From Octopus sinensis (Eukaryota): DNA of 64,000 nucleotides. Within the stretch, counting starts at the first letter, position 1. The number at the start of each line of letters is the position of its first letter. The DNA lies in assembly GCF_006345805.1 (NCBI RefSeq), contig NC_043008.1, forward strand, positions 33,232,001 to 33,296,000. The letters are read 5' to 3'. The notes beneath the pieces are model-generated. The model ran no database searches. It saw only the letters and a program-made list of their open reading frames with translations, and was not told the DNA's origin. This document shows positions 52,101 through 60,225 of the stretch, piece by piece. Made by a program: the position numbers and the translations under genes.

Positions 52101-55100
52101 TTTACTTACACTACATATGACAAGGACATCTCAGACCAAAGATGCTCCAGCCATGACCATCCCAATAATTTTAATATTTTGGCTCATGCATTAATCAACA
52201 GTGATGTAAAATAAAGAGTTAATTAAGATAAGTTTTAACTTGATATAAAGATGCTAGTGATTGATATATAAAATATATATGGAAAGAAAGTAATATTGGT
52301 CAATGTTTGGAAGAGAGAATAAAACATTTCAACTTACCAGACCGAACTGTACATTAAACCTGTAAAAGTCTGCTAGTTCAGCAGCACAGTCTATTTCAGC
52401 CTGTATGATGGTTTTACCCTGATGGTTGGGGAAGACAAAAGAAATAGAACAGAAATTACATGATGTTAACTGAATATGATGGAAATGGTAAATCTTAAAA
52501 ATAAAATCATTAAAGAAATGCCATTTTTGTTAGATTGGTAAATATTTTAAAATACAAATTTCGAATGTTTAATCTCTGGATAACATAGAAAATGAATATT
52601 TAATTTGTTTGTATACTAAAGGCTTTAAACCACTAACAAGAATGAGTTATTATTTGATAAAAAATAATGTCTTGACTGGCACAACAATGCGCTAACAACA
52701 ATGGACTATAATAACTGCTATAATTTAATCATCCATGGTCTGATATAATTGATAGAGTTACTGCTATAATCGGTTTTCCAAAATTTTTTTTTTCCGGAAG
52801 CATCTCTGCAGTGGTCTCATGAAGCTCCTTCCAGAATTCCTCGAGTGAGGGCGGCCATATCTCAAGCTCGTGTGTGTTGGTACATCCGTAGCACTGCTTC
52901 TAAGTTATCTATTATACATGCAGCTTTCTTTTTTTCTTCCTTTCTTTTTTTTTTTATAAATAATACATGATGAGCATGTTATGAAAAAATGAATCTACAC
53001 GCATTCAGATGGAGCTAAATAATACATTGACTGCCAACCTCCAGCCTGTTGTTAATTTGGGGCGCTAGTCTGTCTATGAGGATAGCTTCCTTAATTCTTA
53101 GATAACCCAAATTTCTTTCATTGGCCTCAGTTGTGACTGTTATGCTTTTGTCGGTGTTCCAACATCTGTCTAGATGTTTTCTGAAGGAGGAGACTCTCAT
53201 GTTCAGAAGTTCTTTGATGCGAATGTGTAACGGTCTTGTTGTGCTACCCACATAGAATTTGTTGCATTTGTTACATTGTATTCTATACACAACATTTACC
53301 CATTGGCATAAATCTGTGTCATGGACAGTTTGCTAGTGTACATTGATTGCTGTCCCTTGCTCATTTCTTTAATAATAATAACAAAGAGAGAGAGAAATAA
53401 AAAAGAGAAAACAATTACCTGCCCCAGCATGGTTGATGCCATCAGATCCATTCGGTATTCATTACTAATAAGATCAGCAGCTTTTAGAAAGATTTTACTT
53501 TTTTCTTCAAATGGTACACGAGCCCAATCATGACGGGCTTTCTGGCTGACATCAATTGCCTTCTTAATAATATCCTGGAGAAGGTAGATAAACAGATTTT
53601 AGTATAAGACAAAAATAATCTGCTAGATATTATTGATAATTTCCAACAAACATTATCTCTTTTAATACCAATTTGCCTGAGACCCTTCTTATTCAAATTA
53701 AAATTTTGACCAAAATCTCATCATAGCATGAATGCTATAAAAATTTAGGTGATCAATCTCAGCATAATATATCCCTAAATAATAATTCTTCATATGCTCC
53801 TAAGGCTTTGTAGAAATAGTAGATAATTTCTGCTACCTATGTGACCTAATTAGCAGTGGAAGAGGATTTACTGACTGTGTAATTGCTAGAATAAGAATAG
53901 AATGGAGAAAGGTCAGAGAGCTTTTACTTCTGTTGCCAGCCAAAGGTCTCACTCTCCAAATGAAAGGAAGGTTGTATGATACATGCATATGAACAGCAAT
54001 TCTACATGGTAGTGAGACACAGACCCTGAATGCAGAGAACATGAGAAGACGAGAGAAGAATGAAGCAAGTATGTTCTGCAGGATGTGCGATACCAGTGTA
54101 CTTGTGTGATAGGGCACTAGTATATTGATAGAAAAGTTAGGCATTTTGCCTGACGATCCAAAGGTACTTTTCTAAGTGGGCTGGTTATGTGACACTAGTG
54201 TGATCTAACTTTACTTGCCGGGTCTTCTCAGTAACAGTATATCTCCAGAGATCTGTCTTTTGTCATTGCCTCTGTGAAGCCCAACATTCGAAGGTCATGC
54301 TTCACCGCCTCATCCCATGTCTTCCTGGGTCTACCTCTTCCACAGGTTCCTTCCACCATTAGGGATTGACACTTCTTCACACAGCTTTCCTCATCCATAT
54401 GCAGCACATGACCATACCAGCGCAGTCGTCTCTCTTGCACACCACATCTGATGCTTCTTATGCCCAACATTTCTCTCAGGGAGCTTACACTCTGTCGTGT
54501 GTGCACACTGACATTACACATCCTGCGGATCATACTAGCTTCATTTCTTTCAAGCTTACATATGCCTTCAGCAGTCACGGCCTATGTTTCACTGCCATGT
54601 AACAAAGCAGTTTGCACATATGCATCATACAATCTACCTTTCATTCTGAGCGAGAGGCCCTTTGTCACTTTAAATCTCTCAACAAATCTCCCCTACCTCC
54701 CAGCTGAGGGGATTTTGTCATGCAAGGTACTTGGTGACCCTGTCAGTGCTGGTGTCACATAGAAAGCACTGGTGATGGTGCCACATAAAAAGCATTGGTG
54801 ATAGTATCACATAAAAAGTACCCAGTACACTGTAAAGTGGTTGGCATTAGGAGAGGCAGCCAGCTGTAGAAACCATGCCAAGACAATGGAACCTATTGCA
54901 GTCCCTAGCCATGCCAGCTTCCATCAATCTGTCCAACCCATGCCAGATTGGAAAATGGATATTAAACGATGATGATGATGATATATTAAGTTGTAGATAT
55001 TCTTCTCAGCTCCTCTAAAATCTTTATTATACTGTATTTGTTTAAAATGTTTTAATTATATACAGAAACAAATAGCAAGTTCATACCTTCTGTGTTTTAA

Positions 55101-58100
55101 AACTATAAAAAAAAAGAATGTCAAGAGTGGAAATTTTAGGATTTATGAGGAAGGGAGTTTAAAAAAAAAATTTTTAAATTATGCATAATTATATAAATTC
55201 CCATGTGCAGAACACATACTCACAAAAAGTTTTTGAAAATTCCAAAAAGTAAAAAAGTTATGTGGAGTTGTATAGGATGCTTAACCCTTTAGCATTTAGA
55301 TTAGTCTGTCAAATGTAATGCTTATGTAATCACATTGTTTTGAATTAATCAGGCATTATCTTGTAGCTATCAGATTTCGATGATATGACTGTTTATTTTT
55401 AGAATGACATTGTAGGGTCTGATTTGGTCAATTGAAGATAAAACAGGTAAATTATGAGTCGGATATGGCCAGTTTGAATACTAAAGAGTTAAACCAGAAT
55501 TCTGCCAGACAAAGCAACTTTGTAGTTCATGTATTTGTTTAAAATGTCCATAACAAAGGAGCCATCTTTCCTAGATACATTAACTGATACTTGACATATG
55601 AATGAAACTTACAGTGATTATACAAAATAAGGCCAACAGTTGTAAAACAATTTCCAACATCTCACTTTTCTAACACAGTGGGATGGGAGAGTTTAATAAA
55701 ATAATTGTGTAATTAGTCAGACTTGTGGCTGCTTTATGGTTGGAGGATAACCATGGATAAACAAAATGATCCAATACAAGCACCAATGATGGAGGATTAA
55801 TCAAATGTTTTAGACATGTTCTAAGGATTAACAGAATGAAGGATATTGGTAAAGGTTATTACTCAAGAAAAATTATAATTGCAGTCATCGTCTTCTTTAT
55901 GTTTTTTTAATTTTTAAATAAATTCTATTATTTAGTATACATTTACAACAAAAACTTGAGCAGTAAAAAACGAAAAAAGAATTATTTTGTTTGAACTTAT
56001 TTTGAGAAAGACACATGATGTTTTAGTTTATAAAGTAAATAAAGAAAGAAATGTACAGTTTTATATAGATCAAGAACTATGTAGCTATGATTTAGATAAT
56101 TACATCTTTGACTATCCCTGACAAAATATTAGAGAAAAAAACCTCAAGATTGTTGAAATGAATTTAAAAAAGAAATATAAAATGAAGAAGACATATTACT
56201 TACACTATTGGCATAGTAATATTTAGCAAGTTTCTTCTGGTGATCAAATGGCTAGAAATAACAATAGAAGAGATTATTATAGTAATAATTAAAAAATTTT
56301 TCTTTAAATAAATTCTGGTATTTAGTTTCAAGTTTATTAAAAAAGAATACTTGTAAAAGATGAAAGGATAATTAGTTTAGATTTTTTGCATTCCATAAAG
56401 AAAACAGAAAAAGACAGATGATGATGATGTGTGTGTGTGTATACACACACACATGATGGGCTTCCATACAGTTTCCATTTACCAAATTCACTCAATGACA
56501 CTGGTCAGCCTGAGGTTATAACAAAAGACATTTGCCAAAGGTGCTGCACAGTGAGACTGAACCCAAAACTACTTGGTTGCAATGCAAGCTACTTAACCAC
56601 ATTGCCATACCTTTTGTTAGAGATTTTTCATCAAAGATCACTGGTTTAGTGATTTAAAATAAGTATCTTAGTGACAGGAAGTTCAGCTTGAAATATTAAA
56701 GTCTTTAACCCTTTCATTACCAACCCGGCCGAAACCGGCTCTGGCTCTGTAGTACAAATGTCTTGTTTTCCTAAGTTTTAAATTAAAATCTTCCACCAAA
56801 CCTTTAGCCACAATTAATGTTCCTAACACTAGCTTAGTGATAACTAAGATATTTTACTAAATTCTTTGTTATATCTAAAATAACTGAGAGAAACACAGAG
56901 CAATTCAAAATAAATACAGTAATGAAAGGGTTAATTTAAATTTCATGGAAAAATTAAATAGCTGGAAATTGTTGCTGCAGTTGTTGTTTAGTTCAAGTAG
57001 ACCAATGATTAAAAGCATTCTGTGACCATCTTGTTTTTACTCTTCAGATGCATCCTTCCTTCCTTTTTTTTTTAAAGATGGTTGGATGTGATTTGGGGGA
57101 TATTTATTGTTCTACTATTTCTAATTGGATGCAGATCAAGCAACCAAGTAGTAATTCCCTCATTGGCTTGTTACTGTTGAGGATGATGAAATATTTCTAG
57201 TGCACAGTTGTTGCTCTGTTTGACACTATAGAAGTGTTTTCAAAGTATTGACCAGCTGCATAGTGTATTAAAATTATGCTATCAGAGCTATAAAAAATAA
57301 TAATAATAATGTGGTACAGGAGGATGACAAAGCAACGTGGAAAAACAGAAAAAGCACACAATGGATGTGGACGTGCTCAACTCCTTGTCAGTTATCAACC
57401 AAATATCATCATAATTTCAATACCTTGTGGTAATGCTGTTCAATTAGATGATGTCAACAACATAAGCTGGTGGAGTATAAATGAGTGGACATAACAAACA
57501 TGAACAGAAAAAATATCCTTTTTCAAGAAAGAGATAGGTTTTCAGTTTCTTTTTCAAATTTAAAACTGTTTTTTTTCCCACCCACACATATAACAACAAA
57601 AATTTTCACACACCCTATCCTGCTGTCTCCCACTCTCTCCTTCTCCTGCACTTCCTTCAGGTTGGGTAACCATATATTTTCTTTGTGGCAGTGCACCTGG
57701 GAACTTTACCTTTTAACCTACAGATTTAAAAAATAACTTTTTGTAACTAAACACTTTGACACTTTGGACACTGGTAGAATGTGTTGTATAAAATATCTTT
57801 TACTCTTAGCGTTTTTGAGAAAAGCTTATATTTAGGAAGTTATTTCACATTAAAGTTCTCATATTTCAGTAATTTCAACCAATCAATGGTGTGTATTCAG
57901 CTGAATAAAATTACTGCCGTTGTTTGTCAACAACACCTATCGGCAGTGTATTTTTCATTTGTCACTGTTATTTATGACATCGTTCATGTGTTTGTACTGG
58001 TTTTAGCTTTAAGGTTTTAGGGTTAGGGTGTTAGGGTTAGGATTTTAGGGTTATGGTTTTAGGGTTAGGGTTGTCATAAATAACAGTGACAAACGAAATA

Positions 58101-60225
58101 TACACCGCTGGAAGTTCTTATTGACAAACAACAGCAGTAATTTTATTCAGCTGAATACACGTCACTGATTGGTTGAAATTACCGAAATACGAGAACTTTA
58201 ACATGAAATAACTTCCTAAATATAAGCTTTTCTCAAAAACGCTAAGAGTAAAAGATATCTTATATGACACATTCTACCAGTGTCCGAAGTTTGAAAGTGT
58301 TTAGTTACAAAAAATGATTTTTTAAATCTGTCAGTCAAAAGGTAAAGATCCGTGCACCTGTTTCTGTCTTCATTCCTGGTCTCTCTCTCACCAACTGAGT
58401 AACTTTGTACCTCCTCTACAGCAAGACACGTGTTTCTGTCTCTCTGCCTCACTATAACTTTTCATCATCTGACACAAGATCGTCTCCTCCAATGCCCCCA
58501 CCCCTCCCAAAAGAGTTTTTTTTTTTTTGTTGTCTTGCAAGTACTTGGTGAACCTGTCAGTGTAGGTGTCACTTAAAAGCACCCAGCTGTAAAAACCTTG
58601 CCAAAAACTGACCTTGCCTGTGCTTGTGCCACATAAAAAGCAATAAGTCCATTCTGCTGAGTGGCTGCCCTTTGGGAAGGGTGTCCAGCTGTAAAAATCC
58701 TGCCAAAACAAGTCTGGTGCAACCTTCTGCCTGGCTGGATCATCAAACCATCCCACCCATGCCAGTATAGAAGGCTGACGTTAAACGATGAGGATGATGA
58801 TGATAATCAATGTAGTCAGACCAATGTGGAGATATATTTCTTTTGGAGTAATTTTTTACTAATTAATAGAATGTGTATATACAGGATGCGGTGAATAAAC
58901 TGTCATCTAAATTACACAAAAATGAAAATAACACTGACATCTCATTTTAACAGATATACTTACCAAAATTACATAAAAATATCTTGAAATATCAAAGAGT
59001 AAATTTATTCAATAAGATCACCATTGGCTTCAACCACAGCCTCAGATGACTTCAGAATCTCTTGTAACTCTTCCGGACGGTCTCCTTGTTTAAGTTGGTT
59101 AATGCTGCCATAATCCTAGCCGTCAGTTCATCTTTGGTGTTACAAGGAGTTTTATTGGTCTCTCACTCATCTGCATCCCACACATAATGATCAAGGGGGT
59201 TGCAGTCTGGAGAGTTAGGTGGTCAGATGTTAGGGTGTGATGTGGTCACAGAAATTATCTGACAGCCATGACTGGGTTCTCTTGCTTGTGTGGCATGGTG
59301 CAGAGTCTTGTTGCCAGACATAGGGTTTTCCAGCAGCCACCCTCTTGACCCAGGGCAGCACTACCTCCTCCTAGCACTTATGTAGGCCTCCAAGTTGAGT
59401 CAGAGGCCATGTGGGAAGATGAATGGAGGTATAATGTCACCATCACTAGTGATCACGCCAAACATCATGATTTTCACTGGATGTTTTATTTTTATGACAC
59501 TCAGTACATGTCCTCAGATTTACACCCAAACACTGCAAAATGTTCAAACTGGAGCTTCCAGCACATATGCCAAGCAGTATAGCATGTCATTTCTAAATTT
59601 CTGGCAGAGTGAATTGTGTCATGGTGCTGTTTTTTCTCACAGACAGTGCCCAATTGACCCTACTCTACTGTGTAGTCAACAAAATCAAAAACAAACAATT
59701 CACATGCGTGAAATAAAAATATAAAATGGCAACAATTTACCTATTCTGCTTTGTAATTTGCTTTGTAATCTTAAATTTTGATTGCTTAATCTCAGATCAG
59801 CCCTGATCAAGTAGGCATATGATAAAAGACATTCCTGCTGTGACCTCCTAGTCTCATTGTTTTTTTGTCTCTTTTCATACACATATCTTTGATTAGATTA
59901 TTTAATGCACCCTCCACATTTTTTTTAAGATTCTTAAGTTTGATATAGCATTTCTGCTTTATAATAATAATTGTAGAAGAAAAGTAAAAGCATTAAACTT
60001 ACTGCAACTTGATAATGAACGTCTTTTGTTCGAATCTCTTCATCTCCAACAACAAGTGGTATGTCAACTTGTTGATTTTGGTGTTTCTCAAGTGCTGCCT
60101 CTAATCTGATCCGTTCATCACTTCCAGGAAGGTAAGACAGAATCGGTTCATTCACAGCTTTAAAACCTTGTAGAGACATGGCTCGTGAGTTAGCGCAATG
60201 CTTCACACAAAGCTTGCACAATCTC
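20801..60225 (-). CDS. ALDH4A1: Delta-1-pyrroline-5-carboxylate dehydrogenase (mitochondrial), 5'-partial spliced gene, 14 coding exons in window
   Basis: Exons 60225-60003, 56251-56204, 53574-53419, 52418-52338, 49872-49801, 39602-39528, 36078-35891, 34283-34210, 31349-31108, 28610-28525, 27330-27264, 25185-25064, 23495-23377 and 20913-20801 join in frame (1666 nt) to TAA. Motifs: [32 protein letters not shown] (catalytic Glu), GQKCSACSR (catalytic Cys), EEIFGP, GQQPFGG and GTNDKAGGP. Confidence 0.97.
21197..21825 (+). mobile_element. Mariner transposon 5' half (pseudogenised transposase)
   Basis: Degenerate TIR tatgaaggtgggttgaaaa. Translates MEKIWH...STVQK*AAEF...DDSRSG...[14 protein letters not shown]...[13 protein letters not shown]...WV...QK, with stops and frameshifts. 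Confidence 0.85.
23377..23495 (-). CDS. ALDH4A1: ALDH4A1 exon (EALDTL...[11 protein letters not shown])
   Basis: tatag|T...G|gtaagt, 119 nt. Confidence 0.96.
24565..24650. repeat. (GAT)n/(AAT)n trinucleotide microsatellite
   Basis: Direct reading. Confidence 0.95.
24655..24950 (+). mobile_element. R4/Dong-type LINE RT fragment
   Basis: [11 protein letters not shown]...[20 protein letters not shown]...TINH. Confidence 0.8.
25064..25185 (-). CDS. ALDH4A1: ALDH4A1 exon (EIFGPVL...YALD)
   Basis: tacag|GAA...AG|gtatgt, 122 nt. Confidence 0.96.
27264..27330 (-). CDS. ALDH4A1: ALDH4A1 exon ([10 protein letters not shown]...LMQE)
   Basis: taaag|C...GAG|gtaagt, 67 nt (AAG acceptor). Confidence 0.94.
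28525..28610 (-). CDS. ALDH4A1: ALDH4A1 exon (AFERIKGY...GGKYDD)
   Basis: tgcag|GCA...AG|gtaagt, 86 nt. Confidence 0.95.
29110..30300 (-). mobile_element. R4/Dong-type LINE C-terminal region (zinc knuckle plus restriction-like endonuclease), split by a SINE
   Basis: Frameshifted ...[15 protein letters not shown]...KWYGQKP...TDHTIEIRR...ISPVVNGAL...[20 protein letters not shown] at 29740-29945. The assignment of 29960-30300 is weaker. Confidence 0.7.
31108..31349 (-). CDS. ALDH4A1: ALDH4A1 catalytic exon (ECGGKNF...GQKCSACS...VIDDK)
   Basis: ttcag|AA...AAG|gtaaat, 242 nt. Confidence 0.97.
34210..34283 (-). CDS. ALDH4A1: ALDH4A1 exon (TFKHLWKQV...PRLIG)
   Basis: tccag|G...G|gtgagt, 74 nt. 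Confidence 0.96.
35891..36078 (-). CDS. ALDH4A1: ALDH4A1 exon ([10 protein letters not shown]...FTGSV)
   Basis: ttcag|GGA...AA|gtaagt, 188 nt. Confidence 0.97.
37645..37730. repeat. (TA)n microsatellite
   Basis: Direct reading. Other long (TA)n tracts at about 38940-39015, 39095-39225, 40980-41070 and 43030-43075. Confidence 0.95.
38040..38860 (-). mobile_element. RTE LINE 3' ORF fragment
   Basis: Reverse complement of the RTE C-terminus seen at 41370-42000 (...[19 protein letters not shown]...[15 protein letters not shown]). Confidence 0.85.
39262..39480. repeat. Two diverged tandem copies of a roughly 100-bp unit
   Basis: agtaagtgatta..gggtcacagaaaattatg...gcttagaagaa..caatttgttgacatatctt occurs twice. 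Confidence 0.75.
39528..39602 (-). CDS. ALDH4A1: ALDH4A1 exon ([25 protein letters not shown])
   Basis: ttcag|GGC...GTG|gtaaga, 75 nt. Confidence 0.96.
40560..40830 (+). mobile_element. Penelope-like pseudo-LTR remnant carrying a minimal hammerhead
   Basis: gagtatataaac box followed by CCT CTGATGA G AACC...GGTT T GAAA...TTA AGG. Boundaries approximate. Confidence 0.55.
40732..40772 (+). ncRNA. Candidate minimal hammerhead ribozyme
   Basis: All invariant core positions are present, with stem II 4-5 bp, stem I 3 bp and a UUA triplet. Confidence 0.55.
41071..42500 (+). mobile_element. 5'-truncated RTE LINE with complete 3' UTR and (GAT)n tail
   Basis: KTGC..ELL.ADDL...VDSFCYLGD...[10 protein letters not shown]...RLERNEASM...[15 protein letters not shown]. 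The 3' UTR has repeated ggtggcacgtaaaaagcacc and ends gatgttaaacaatgatgat. Tail-only copies at about 4195-4420, 37175-37375, 44740-44925, 47620-47790, 54700-54980 and 58460-58800 (+); 37725-37900, 40855-40980 and 51118-51330 (-). Confidence 0.9.
42789..42875. other. 87-nt near-perfect hairpin
   Basis: Perfect 24-bp inverted repeat 42795-42818 / 42846-42869, extendable to about 35 bp, with a 17-nt loop. Confidence 0.9.
43288..44053. mobile_element. Mariner-derived foldback element (two 5' ends head-to-head)
   Basis: Roughly 270-bp inverted arms. The left arm encodes [17 protein letters not shown]; the - strand encodes ...[23 protein letters not shown]...AKFVPK. Confidence 0.85.
45950..47790 (+). 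mobile_element. RTE LINE, RT plus C-terminus plus 3' tail, degraded
   Basis: [18 protein letters not shown]...NYRGFKLL...[11 protein letters not shown]...[15 protein letters not shown]...ELLYADDL...GRPRKT. Confidence 0.92.
47820..48570 (-). mobile_element. Mariner transposase catalytic/C-terminal pseudogene
   Basis: [13 protein letters not shown]...FLSRIVT...[13 protein letters not shown]...[11 protein letters not shown]...[14 protein letters not shown], frameshifted. Confidence 0.88.
48865..49673 (+). mobile_element. Internally deleted Helitron with Rep/Hel N-terminal coding remnant and intact 3' end
   Basis: IG...[20 protein letters not shown]...[13 protein letters not shown]...[12 protein letters not shown]...[10 protein letters not shown]. 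Ends cccgagcaatgccagg-tatctcag-CTAG|T (49670-49674). Confidence 0.88.
49801..49872 (-). CDS. ALDH4A1: ALDH4A1 exon ([10 protein letters not shown]...RGTE)
   Basis: tctag|GAA...GAG|gtaagt, 72 nt. Confidence 0.94.
50097..50741. mobile_element. hAT-type non-autonomous element
   Basis: Termini ggggtcagcaaac / gttccctgaccctg with subterminal gggtaa motifs. TSD not clear. Confidence 0.55.
51025..51675. mobile_element. hAT-type MITE interrupted by an RTE 3' fragment
   Basis: CAGTGTTTCTCAACC...GATTGAGAACCACTG. Same family as 63499-63735; RTE pieces at about 51118-51520; partial reverse copy at about 44615-44720. Confidence 0.75.
52338..52418 (-). CDS. ALDH4A1: ALDH4A1 exon ([10 protein letters not shown]...QFGL)
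   Basis: atcag|GGT...CTG|gtaagt, 81 nt. Confidence 0.96.
52640..53325 (-). mobile_element. 5'-truncated Penelope-like element with GIY-YIG endonuclease remnant
   Basis: ORF 53290-53015 plus upstream in-frame codons reads [28 protein letters not shown]...LRIKEAILI...PQIN (VY...YVG...R, CxxC). 3' boundary approximate. Confidence 0.85.
53419..53574 (-). CDS. ALDH4A1: ALDH4A1 exon (DIIKKAID...MLGQ)
   Basis: tccag|GAT...CAG|gtaatt, 156 nt. Confidence 0.95.
53835..54145 (+). mobile_element. RTE LINE fragment
   Basis: [14 protein letters not shown]...[19 protein letters not shown]...EKNEASM. Confidence 0.8.
54145..54680 (-). mobile_element. RTE LINE 3' fragment
   Basis: ORF 54578-54228: [19 protein letters not shown]...[20 protein letters not shown]...[17 protein letters not shown]. 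Confidence 0.9.
56204..56251 (-). CDS. ALDH4A1: ALDH4A1 48-nt exon ([16 protein letters not shown])
   Basis: tctag|CCA...AGT|gtaagt. Confidence 0.92.
57700..58351. mobile_element. Foldback MITE, probably MULE-type, with telomeric-repeat core
   Basis: 280-bp TIRs (57700-57979 / 58072-58351), perfect 9-bp TSD GTGCACCTG (57691-57699, 58352-58360), GG...CC termini and a TTAGGG-like spacer. Confidence 0.85.
58000..58071 (+). repeat. Degenerate interstitial (TTAGGG)n
   Basis: ttttagggttagggtgttagggttaggattttagggttatggttttagggttaggg. Confidence 0.9.
58882..59755 (-). mobile_element. Internally deleted Tc1/mariner element of DD37D (maT) type
   Basis: TA|CAGGATGCGGTGAATAAAC terminus. The - strand reads [15 protein letters not shown]...[21 protein letters not shown]...[11 protein letters not shown], with 37 residues between the 2nd and 3rd Asp. 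Confidence 0.8.
60003..60225 (-). CDS. ALDH4A1: ALDH4A1 exon (RLCKL...VNEPILSY...YQVA)
   Basis: tctag|G...GCA|gtaagt, 223 nt, phase 2-0. Confidence 0.93.

Noticed and set aside
52760-52830. Hammerhead at the 3' end of the GIY-YIG Penelope copy
   Set aside because: CTGCAGAGATG-CTTCC...GGAA-AACC only loosely echoes the core; too many invariant positions are missing to call.
58000-58071. Possible chromosome end or fusion scar
   Set aside because: Short, degenerate, single-orientation tract enclosed in a transposon with a TSD inside an intact gene.
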